DNA from: Octopus bimaculoides
Taxonomy: Eukaryota
Direction of reading: 5' to 3'
DNA length: 64,000 bases
NCBI RefSeq assembly: GCF_001194135.2
Contig: NC_069000.1
Coordinates: 14,925,432-14,989,431, forward strand
Position numbers and translations under genes: made by a program
The notes under the pieces: model-generated
The model's input: only the letters and a program-made list of their open reading frames with translations
Told to the model about the DNA's origin: nothing
Database searches by the model: none
Shown: positions 11,685-21,880 of the stretch, in pieces
Position numbering within the stretch: the stretch's first letter is position 1
Layout: each line of letters begins with the position of its first letter

Positions 11685-11811
11685 CACTGCAATTCTGCTG
11701 CAGTCTGTAAAACAGTTTAAGAATAAAATGCAAGTATAAAGAATTTCCCATCTAAATGTCTTGGCATTTTTTTTGTTTTTTTTTTGTTTCTGTATTTGGT
11801 TAAATTACATT

Positions 11812-12223
11812 TTCTTTCTTCCTTTCTTTCTTTTACTTGTTTCAGTCATTTGACTGCGGCCATGCTGGAGCACCACCTTTAGTCGAGCAAATTGACCCCA
11901 GGACTCATTCTTTGGAAGCCTAGTACTTATTCTATCGGTCTCTTTTTGCCGAACCGCTAAGTTACGAGGACGTAAACACACCAGCATCGGTTGTCAAGCG
12001 ATGATGGGGGGACAAACACAGACACACAAACACACATACATATATATATATACATATATACGACGGGCTTCTTTCAGTTTCTGTCTACCAAATCTACTCA
12101 CAAGGCTTTGATCGGCCCGAGGCTATAGTAGAAGACACTTGCCCAAGGTGCCACGCAGTGGGACTGAACCCGGAACCATGTGGTTGGTAAGCAAGCTACT
12201 TACCACACACCCACTCCTGTGCC
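11812..12223 (-). mobile_element. Type A CORE SINE, young full-length copy
   Basis: Minus strand: ggcacaggagtgggtgtgtggtaag (A box), gggttcagtccc (B box), ccttgggcaagtgtcttct core, internal (TA)/(TG), tail tgactgaaacaagtaaaag. Confidence 0.9.
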
Positions 12224-13216
12224 TACATTTCCAAAGAAAAAAAAGAAAAAAAGAAAAACATTTCAAACAAAGTTAATTACTTGCCACTGTTTTTCCAAAT
12301 AAACGAATCAAAGAATTAATAGCACCTGCTGTAATAGAGATTAGACATATTATTGTAATGCCTGGGTCAAAGACTGCACAGCTCTGTGTGTATATGTTTA
12401 TGTGGGCATGCATGTATGTGTAGTCGAAGTGTTTGTGGGTATGTGTGTATAGTAGGGTGTGTGAGTTTGTGTGTAGTAGGATGTGTTTAGTAGGGTGTGT
12501 ATGTAAATGTGGTAGGTTGTATGTAAATGTGTCTGTAACAAGTGTTTTTGAAATTATTGCATTGGCAATTAAGTGAGGGTGATTAGACTAAACCGAGTGC
12601 TGTTTTTATTTTATTTATTTATTATGTATTTTTTTTAAATACTTTCAGCAGGAGGAGGGGTGGCAGCACCTGTGTAACCTTTTCTATGGCCATTGAGACT
12701 GGGAGGAAAAAAAAAGGATGTTGCTCTTATCCTGGGGATTTAACCCAGGGGAAACTTTACTAAAGACTTCTACACAGTTTCAATCTACCAAATACACTCA
12801 TAAGGGATTGGTTGACCCAGGGCTATAGTCGAAGATACTTGCCCAAGGTGCCATGCAGTGGGACTGAACCCAAAACAATATGGTTGCGAAGTAAGCTTCT
12901 TAACGACATAGCCACTCCTGCATATATCTTTTGCCACTAGACATATACATATATACATGTCATAGGCTTCCATACAGTTTCCATTGATTACATTTCACTC
13001 GAAAGGCATTGAGAACTTTAAGCTATGGTTGAAGACATTCACTCTCGATTCCACACAGTGGGATTGAACCCAGAACCACAGCTAGGTGGCTGCAAATCAA
13101 AACTTCTTAACCATTCAGTTTTCTAACTAAACTCAGCTATAGCTTGTTGGCAACTGTATCTATTTATTTATTGATTGATAGAATCCTAATTACTTATAGA
13201 TTATGATGTTACTTAC

Positions 13217-13293
13217 CTGGACAGACAAGGTATTTTATGCTGCTTGTTCTGTAGTCAAGCTGTATTTTAATGCCATGACCAACCAGATCATAT
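13217..13293 (-). CDS. Candidate internal exon (YDLVGHGIKIQLDYRTSSIKYLVCP), unidentified
   Basis: Acceptor gactttccag, perfect donor cag/gtaagt, single open frame, unique sequence. Confidence 0.35.
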
Positions 13294-13369
13294 CTGGAAA
13301 GTCATATCATTAGTTGCCACCTAATGAGATTCTTGCTTGTGAGCAATCCTACACCTCTTGTGACACCTC

Positions 13370-13745
13370 ACACTTTCTCTCTCTGTCCCTCTCCCTCTCT
13401 ATATCTCTTTCTCTGCTCTCTTTCTGATTCTCCATCTCTCTGCTCCTCCTGTACCTCTTTTTACTTCTGTATCTTTTCCACTTTCTCTTTCTGTCTATCA
13501 TTCTATCTCGTTTCCTCTCTGTCTGTCTGTCTCTCTCTCTCTCCTATTCTGTCTGTCTGTCTTCCTCCTTTGCACTCTCTTCCTCCCTTCTCTCCTTCTT
13601 CCATTTGTTTCTTTCCTTTGTTCCTCTCTCATTCACCTGTTCTTCCTCCATTTCTCTCCATTTCTCCTCTTTCTTTTTCCCTCCCTCCTCTCTCTTATGT
13701 TTCTCTCGGTCTTCATCTCTTTTGTTTCTTTCTTTCTCCTATTTC
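13370..13745. repeat. CT-rich low-complexity tract
   Basis: Near-pure pyrimidine sequence on the plus strand. Confidence 0.85.
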
Positions 13746-14021
13746 ATACTCACATACTCTGTTATTGTAGTTTATATTCACATCAGAAATATGCAATCAG
13801 TGTGACTCAGTATTGCAGATACACATCATATATATCATCATCATCATCATCATCATCAAATGTCCATTGTCCATGCTGACATGGGTTGGATGGTTTGAGC
13901 AGGCTGGCATGCCAAAAGGCTGCACCACACTCCAGTTTGATTCAGCATGGTTTTCTATGACTGGATGCCCTTCCTCATGTCAACCACCCTGAGAGTATAA
14001 TGGGTGCTTTTACTTGCCATC

Positions 14022-14058
<37 letters not shown>

Positions 14059-14319
14059 TGTTCCCAGTCACATTGTTTGAGATTCAGTCCCACTGCAAGG
14101 CACCTTGTATATATCTATACAATTGAATCGTGCTCTTCATCTTTATTATTATTATTATTATTATTATTATTTATAAGGTGGAGTTCAAATTCTGCCAAGG
14201 TTGACTTTGCCTTTCATCCTTTCAGGGTCAATAAAATAAGTACCAGTTGAACACTGAGGTCAATGTAATCGACTGATCCCATCCCGCCAAATTGTTGCCC
14301 TTGTGGCAAAATATGAAAC

Positions 14320-14350
<31 letters not shown>

Positions 14351-14377
14351 GTTATTATTATTGTTGTTAGATTGATA

Positions 14378-14414
<37 letters not shown>

Positions 14415-14599
14415 GTTTATATTTAACAGTCTTCTTTGCAGCTAGCTATGACTGATTCTGTGTTCGATGAGAAACAGGTCATCTATTTAGATATGGTTGC
14501 CAGGTAATTTGGAATTCAAGAAATATTTCTCGAATGATGACAAAAGTTAATGGTTATAAAATGCATTGCTAACATAAATAAATACCAGGCTGGAATTCA

Positions 14600-14946
14600 A
14601 ATTACATATGTATGCAAACACACATACTCACACACTCTATACAACCACCCCCACGCGCATACTATACATAACCGCTCTCATACATCATATGCACCACACA
14701 CATTCGCTTACACAGATACATAGCTGTGATACATATTCATTAACAAACATGCATACCACATTCACACACACACACGCACATGTTCACTACATACAGTCAT
14801 TCACATCATATACACTTCGCATATATTCCCTCTCATAGATATCACATATACACAGTCACTAACAAACATGGATACCACACACACACCCACACACATAATA
14901 CATACACACATACACACAGTATACTACATTTAGTCATTAGCATATA

Positions 14947-14996
<50 letters not shown>

Positions 14997-15965
14997 CCCA
15001 CATATATATCTACATGTGCTCATGTATATAGGTGTACACACACATGCACTTAAATTCTCTCATATACATGCACATTAACTCACATTTACACATGTATTTA
15101 CACATTTGTCCCCCCTCATGCTCACATACATGTACATGCTGGGGACACACAAACACACATGCACACACATGCACATGTACACACCTGTACATAATTTTTT
15201 TCACTGACGCCTCACACTCACTCCCATTTACACATGTCCCCTCTCACATTACATTCTCATACTCACACCCACTCACATTCATAAATACACACTCACACTC
15301 GTTCATATTTACACCCACTCACACTGACATACCTGTTCACATAGACACACACTAGCTCACATGCACACAAAACACACACACACACACATGCACGCCTACA
15401 CACACACACACATACACACTTGCTCACACACAGGCACACCTGCTCACATACACATCTGCTCATACATTCACATATACACACACCTGCTCTCACACACAAA
15501 CACACACCTGTTCACAGATTCACATATACACACACCTTCTCACGCACACACACACACATACACACACACATACACACACATCTACTCACACATTCTCATA
15601 TACACACACCTGCTCACACACACACACACACTTGTTCACACATTCACATATATATGCACCTTATCACTCACACACACACACACATACACACAGACATCTG
15701 CTCACAATTTCACATATACACACACCTGCTCTCTTTCACACACACTCACACATACACACACACATGCTCTCTCAAACACACTCGCACATTCACATATACA
15801 CGCACACACCTGTTCACCTTAATACACATGTATATCTATACACATACCAACATTATGTGTAGGAATGCATAACTAACAAGTCTGCTGTCACACTCTTAAA
15901 TCTACACACAAACACACTCACGCATGCACACACATGTTTATACATACACATACACATACACATCC
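14600..15965. repeat. Long degenerate (CA)-rich tract with recurring cacacctgctc subunits
   Basis: G-poor CA/CAT sequence. It is the source of the HTHT-type ORFs. Confidence 0.9.
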
Positions 15966-16002
15966 ATGCTCTCTCTCTCTCTCTCTCTCTCTCTCCCAAT
16001 CA

Positions 16003-16112
16003 CCCCTCTCTCTTCCCCCTCTCTCTTCCCCCTCTCTCTTCCCCCTCTCTCTTCCCCCTCTCTCTTCCCCCTCTCTCTTCCCCCTCTCTCCTCCCCCTCC
16101 TCCCCCTCTCTC
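16003..16112. repeat. 13-bp homopyrimidine minisatellite (ccccctctctctt)n
   Basis: About 6-7 tandem units read directly. Confidence 0.9.
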
Positions 16113-16829
16113 TAAATCATAAACATATTTGTGGGTATATTTGCATATCTACCCACACATCCACCCTCAATATATTCTAGTTACATGTACTTGTGCAAAC
16201 GAGGCTGCCGGCTACACTCTGTAGCCGGCATTTCAACCTTTAATCCTTTCAGTATATGCCCCCCCCTCCTCTCGCTGCAGTAATTAAACACTCCCCCCAA
16301 CATCTGCTTAATATCTTTATTTACCCCCTCCCACCTTCTCTCACTTTCCTCCTTCATTAATAAACGAACTATTGTTGTTGTTGTTGCTGTTGCTGTTCTC
16401 TAATTCCCCCCCCTTGTCACTCAACCTAAGCCTTCTCCTCAGTCAATCTTTCTTTCTTTCTTTCCTTCTTTCCTTCCTTCTTTTTTTTCTTTCTTTCTTT
16501 CTTTCTTCTACAAGTGCTATCATCACTACCACCGCCACCACCACCACAAAACGACTACCACCACTACCATGACAACAGTAACACTACCAACTACTACTAC
16601 TACCACCAACACAACAACAGTGACTGTTACTACTGCCACCATTACCATTCTGTGGCTGGATGCTCTTCCTGATGCCAACCACTTTATAATGTGCTACTAG
16701 GTGCTCTTCTTGTGCCACTAGCATTAGTAAGGTCGGCGTGCATCTTAAACAATGTAGTTGTTGGTATTACATTTTTTCCATGGCTTATAATTGTTTCAAT
16801 ATCACATAATTGTCAAATCATATAACATG

Positions 16830-17285
16830 TCTGTGGTTGATATTAAGAAGAGGACCCAGCCATAAAAACCATGCCAGAACCGACAGTGGAGCTTGGTTCA
16901 GTCCTCTAGCTCAGGGGTTTTCAAACTTTTTGACTTGCGGACCCCTTTATATTTCAGGCTTTACCTTAGGGCCCCCTTATAAACGCTTACAAAATTTATA
17001 CATAAATATTTGCTTAAAATAACATATATTTTTACATTTATTTATTTAACAGTATTTAACAAATAGGTTTATTGTCAATTAAAAGATTTCGATTAAAAAA
17101 ACATATATAAAATCAAATTGCCCATAAAAAGTATTTGCTGTCCACAGACCCCCTGTCTTGTCCTTGCGGACCCCCTGTGGTCTGTGGACCACAGTTTGAA
17201 AACCCCTGCTCTAGTTTACCAGCTCCTGCCAAGCCATCCAACCCATGCCAGCCTGGAAAATGAACATTTCATGATGATGATAATG
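16830..17285 (+). mobile_element. Diverged RTE 3' tail, split by a hAT MITE
   Basis: aagaggacccagccataaaaaccatgcc...tctag / ...catccaacccatgccagcctggaaaatg...(gat)n. Confidence 0.7.
16912..17208. mobile_element. hAT-superfamily MITE
   Basis: Perfect 16-bp TIR caggggttttcaaact / agtttgaaaacccctg. 8-bp TSD ctctagct / ctctagtt with one mismatch. Confidence 0.9.
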
Positions 17286-17521
17286 GTGGTGGTGGCGGCA
17301 GTAGTGTTTGTTGTTGCTGAAGACATGTCTTCAACATCTCCATTCTTCTCTTGTTATTTATATTCTGCAACTGAGGATAATCTTCTTGATTTTTTACTTT
17401 GCGTAAAACTACCAGTTTCTGCTGGACAAATTCTCATCTTACACATTCTGATAACTGGTGTTCACAGGAGTTATTGCCTGAAGTTAACTGCCTGGATTTC
17501 CAAATCAAATGCTAAAAGGTT

Positions 17522-17811
17522 CTATATTTAAGAGATGAGGAATTATTTACATTTGACGGATATTTGTCCTCATCTTGTTTGTTGTCAACACAACGTTTCG
17601 GCTGATATACCCTCCAGCCTTCGTCAGGTGTCTTGGTGAAATTTTGAACCTGGGTTCTCATTCCTAACGATGTTACTATTATTATATTATTATTATTATT
17701 ATTATTATTACTATTATTAATCAGGTCGCTGCCGTGAAAAGGCTGGAGGGTATATCAGCCGAAACGTTGTGTTAACAACAAACAAGATGAGGACAAATAT
17801 CCGTCAAATGT
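17522..17811. mobile_element. Hammerhead-bearing non-coding repeat, family 1, copy B (Penelope-like inverted-repeat insertion)
   Basis: 77-bp inverted arms at 17545-17621 and 17739-17815 (1 mismatch). 15-bp TSD aaatgctaaaaggtt (17507-17521) / aaatgctaaagggtt (17812-17826). Internal (ATT)n. Confidence 0.85.
17587..17632 (-). ncRNA. Minimal type-I hammerhead ribozyme, intact core, palindromic helix III
   Basis: gacac-CTGACGA-a-ggctgg(agggtata)tcagcc-GAAA-cgt-t-gtgtt. Helix I 5 bp, helix II 6 bp, ACGU palindrome, GUU triplet. Predicted cut between 17592 and 17591. Confidence 0.75.
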
Positions 17812-17877
17812 AAATGCTAAAGGGTTTAGGCATTTTCTCCAACCCATTGAGCTCCTGTTTTGAACTGCATTCTCCAG

Positions 17878-18675
17878 TTAACCCCTTCAACGTTCAGATT
17901 ACTCTGTCAAATGTAATGCTTATTCTTTTACTCTTTTACTTGTTTCAGTCAATTGACTGCAGCCATGCTGGAGCATCCGCTTTAGTCGAGCAAATCGACC
18001 CCCAGGACTTATTCTTTGTAAGCCTAGTACTTATTCTATCGGTCTCTTTTGCCGAACCGCTAAGTTACGGGGACGTAAACACACCAGCATTNNNNNNNNN
18101 NNNNNNNNNNNNNNNNNNNNNNNNNNNNNNNNNNNNNNNNNNNNNNNNNNNNNNNNNNNNNNNNNNNNNNNNNNNNNNNNNNNNNNNNNNNNNNNNNNNN
18201 NNNNNNNNNNNNNNNNNNNNNNNNNNNNNNNNNNNNNNNNNNNNNNNNNNNNNNNNNNNNNNNNNNNNNNNNNNNNNNNNNNNNNNNNNNNNNNNNNNNN
18301 NNNNNNNNNNNNNNNNNNNNNNNNNNNNNNNNNNNNNNNNNNNNNNNNNNNNNNNNNNNNNNNNNNNNNNNNNNNNNNNNNNNNNNNNNNNNNNNNNNNN
18401 NNNNNNNNNNNNNNNNNNNNNNNNNNNNNNNNNNNNNNNNNNNNNNNNNNNNCCAAGGTGCCATGCAGTTGGACTGAACCCAGAACCATGTGGTTGGTAA
18501 GCAAGTTACTTACCACACAGCCACACCTGCGCCACCTGCTTGTTTATTCCTGTTGTTTTAAATTAAGTATGCATTATTTGATTGTTTTGTAGGGTAGGTG
18601 TGAGAGCCTGGATCTGGCCAGTTTGAACATAAAACAGATAGTTTGGTCAGATGTGGCTGGCTTAAATGTTAAAAG
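17878..18675. mobile_element. piggyBac-like (TTAA) MITE interrupted by a type A SINE
   Basis: Left ttaaccccttcaacgttcagattactctgtcaaatg; right part 18545-18675 matches the copies at 30704 and 59177. Confidence 0.6.
17926..18533 (-). mobile_element. Type A CORE SINE with an assembly gap over its central region
   Basis: Both ends match 11812-12223. The gap at 18092-18452 covers the internal microsatellite. Confidence 0.85.
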
Positions 18676-18849
18676 CATTAGCGTAGCTTAGAGTGGGGTT
18701 GGGGGTAGGGGTGACCCCGCTCCAGGTGGCACTTTTAAAGGGGCAGCACTTTTGGGTCTGCTGTTGGCAATATGTGTTTTTTATGGGGTTTGTGGGGCAG
18801 CAAATGGAAGGGCTGCCCCTGGGCAGCTTACACTTTAGCTACGCTAGTG
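18676..18849. mobile_element. Short MITE
   Basis: TIR cattagcgtagct / agctacgctagtg (13 bp, 1 mismatch), GC-rich interior. Confidence 0.55.
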
Positions 18850-19629
18850 GTTATAGAGTTAAGTCTTAGGATACACAGAAGTACCCAGGAGCAACATATT
18901 TATTAGTTTAACCTGCTGGTCAGGGAAACACACACGCAGAGAGAGAGAGAGAGAGAGAAAGAAAGGAGGAGGAAAGAATGTAATTCCTGAAACATTTCTG
19001 TACACTCCCCATCACAAACTGTTACTGATACAGCAAGTGTTATTGAAGTGGGAGGGAAATATTTGTGTGTGATTAAGACTATTAAATTAAAGGATGGAAA
19101 GATAAAGCTTATATTATGTATTGGACAGAGAGAAAAAAAAACTACCTGATGTACATTAGGGTTGATGTTCTAAACTCATTTAAAGTTAGGTTTTCTATCA
19201 CTTTATATTCTTCTTATGTGTTTCAGTCATTGGATTGGGGGCCATGCTGGAGCACTGCATTGATGAGTTTAGTTGATAAATCGACATCAGTTTTTTTTTT
19301 TGTTTTTTAAAGTTTAGAGTTTATTCTATGATCTCTTTTGTCAAACTGCTAAGTTGTGGGGTAGGTCATGTAAACAAATCAACATAACTTTCCTAGTAGT
19401 ATGTATGTAAGGGTCTAACACACATACACACACACACACACACAATCGTTCTAAGGATTCTCCATTTGAGGTTCCTGGATTTGAACACACATGCACTTGC
19501 ATGTGCATTTGGAACACACAGACACACACTCACATACAAAACATAGACACATATGCATTTAGCAATGAAGCATACCTAGTTATGTTCTAAAGTGACATGC
19601 ATATCTAGTAAACGAGTACAAGCTTACGC

Positions 19630-19739
<110 letters not shown>

Positions 19740-19981
19740 CCAGTTCAGATATCCATAAAACCTGAGAGCTGTCTTGACTTAACCAAAAAAACCTTGTCAT
19801 TTGTCAGTAACCAGCTTGAATCCTGCAAAAGAAAAGAAAATTTTAATGCATCCCAAAGAAAATATGTACACATTTGCACACATATACATACTTAAACATA
19901 CATGCACACACAAAAAAACATATGCATGCATGTATGCATACACTGTACATATATACAGAGCTACATACATGGGTGTTTGTA

Positions 19982-20025
<44 letters not shown>

Positions 20026-20055
20026 TACAGTATCGACACAAATATCTATCTTTAG

Positions 20056-20171
20056 AGCTGCTCGAGGATGTTGACTTGAAAAGGGTTAATAGTGTTGTCA
20101 GAGAAGATTTACAGCAAGTTGATCATGTGAAATATCCATTAGCAAGTGTTAGTAACAGCCGTTGGACATGA
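20056..20171 (+). CDS. Candidate (terminal?) exon (E)LLEDVDLKRVNSVVREDLQQVDHVKYPLASVSNSRWT*, unidentified
   Basis: Acceptor tctatctttag, coding-like GNN periodicity, reverse frames closed, ATTAAA at 20340-20345. Confidence 0.35.
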
Positions 20172-20235
20172 AAAGAGATTTAAGCCAGTCAAATTACACA
20201 AGTACACCTTGTAAAAGTCCATGATTTATACAGAG

Positions 20236-20310
20236 AAATCACCTGTTGTTAATATATATATAAATCACCTGTTGTTGATATGGATAAATCACCTGTTGTT
20301 GATACACATA
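20236..20310. repeat. Three-copy minisatellite aaatcacctgttgtt(g/a)ata
   Basis: Copies start at 20236, 20262 and 20286. Confidence 0.9.
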
Positions 20311-20511
20311 AGAATTGTCTTTCAAAGAGAATCTCTGAAATTAAAAGGAAAATGTGGGTGATTGTATTGGAACGTAATTCAATGGTCCAGCATTGTTCAC
20401 TAAACACTGTTATTTGTTTCTATTTAACTTTGTAAAATGCAGTTTCCTAAATGCTTTCCCACTCTCTCTCTCTTTTTCCCCTGTCTCTGCTCTGTCTCTG
20501 CATCTATCTAT

Positions 20512-20543
<32 letters not shown>

Positions 20544-20821
20544 TTGTCTATCTACTTACCCACCCACCCTCTTTCTCTCTTTCTCTGCTTTTGTTCTTGT
20601 TACTGGTTACTGTCATAAGCCTATGGCTACGCCAGGGAGTCACCCTAATCCCCTTTTTGAATATAGTTGGTTTCTTGTCTTTTTATCTTTTACATGTTTC
20701 AGTCATTAGACTATGACCATGCTGGGGCACCACCTTGAAAAATTTTAGTTGAATGAATCAATCCCAGGACTTGCTTTTTTTCTTAAGCCTTGTACTTACT
20801 CTGTCAATACCAATTGTCAAT

Positions 20822-21880
20822 CAGATGGACACATAAGAGGTGCAGCAACATCAAAGGCAGGTTAACTAGCAAGTTAGTTTTTGTTTGTGGCAGATGTTCA
20901 GGTGCAATAAAGACTGCAAACAAACAGGAAACAACTTCTATCTCATTCCAGGGTGAAAAACTAGAGGTAGTCGATAGCTTCCGCTATCTGGGCGACCAAG
21001 TTAGTAGTGGGGGTGGGTGCGCTGAAAGTGTAGCTGCTAGAATAAGAATAGCCTGGGCAAAGTTTAGAGAGCTCTTACCCCTGCTGGCGACAAAGGGACT
21101 CTCACTCAGNNNNNNNNNNNNNNNNNNNNNNNNNNNNNNNNNNNNNNNNNNNNNNNNNNNNNNNNNNNNNNNNNNNNNNNNNNNNNNNNNNNNNNNNNNN
21201 NNNNNNNNNNNNNNNNNNNNNNNNNNNNNNNNNNNNNNNNNNNNNNNNNNNNNNNNNNNNNNNNNNNNNNNNNNNNNNNNNNNNNNNNNNNNNNNNNNNN
21301 NNNNNNNNNNNNNNNNNNNNNNNNNNNNNNNNNNNNNNNNNNNNNNNNNNNNNNNNNNNNNNNNNNNNNNNNNNNNNNNNNNNNNNNNNNNNNNNNNNNN
21401 NNNNNNNNNNNNNNNNNNNNNNNNNNNNNNNNNNNNNNNNNNNNNNNNNNNNNNNNNNNNNNNNNNNNNNNNNNNNNNNNNNNNNNNNNNNNNNNNNNNN
21501 NNNNNNNNNNNNNNNNNNNNNNNNNNNNNNNNNNNNNNNNNNNNNNNNNNNNNNNNNNNNNNNNNNNNNNNNNNNNNNNNNNNNNNNNNNNNNNNNNNNN
21601 NNNNNNNNNNNNNNNNNNNNNNNNNNNNNNNNNNNNNNNNGGCACATAAAAGACACCATTTCGAGCGTGGCCGTTTTCGTGCGGGTGACACGTAAAAGCA
21701 CCCACTACACTCTCTGAGTGGTTGGCGTTAGGAAGGGCATCCAGCTGTAGAAACTCTGCCAAATCAGACTGGAGCCTGGTGTTGCCATCCGGTTTCACCA
21801 GTCCTCAGTCAAATCGTCCAACCCATGCTAGCATGGAAAGCGGACGTTAAACGATGATGATGATGATGATGATGATGATG
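20822..21880 (+). mobile_element. 5'-truncated young RTE-clade LINE (ORF2 C-terminal part, gap, 3' UTR, (GAT)n tail)
   Basis: Open frame WTHKRCS...VCGRC...LEVVDSFRYLGDQVSSGGGCAESVAARIRIAWAKFRELLPLL is the RT thumb region typical of RTE elements. It is inserted into an older type A SINE (20690-20822 and 21880-22010). Confidence 0.9.

Noticed and set aside
13209-13220. ttacttacctgg resembling the U1 snRNA 5' end
   Set aside because: No downstream U1 sequence. It is simply the reverse complement of a 5' splice-site consensus.
14608-15872. Long His/Thr-rich, Tyr/Ile-rich, Ser/Leu-rich and Phe-rich ORFs (also 23011-23429, 27850-28606, 36222-36639, 44657-45157, 61172-62350)
   Set aside because: They are translations of microsatellites that lack stop codons; several frames and both strands are open.
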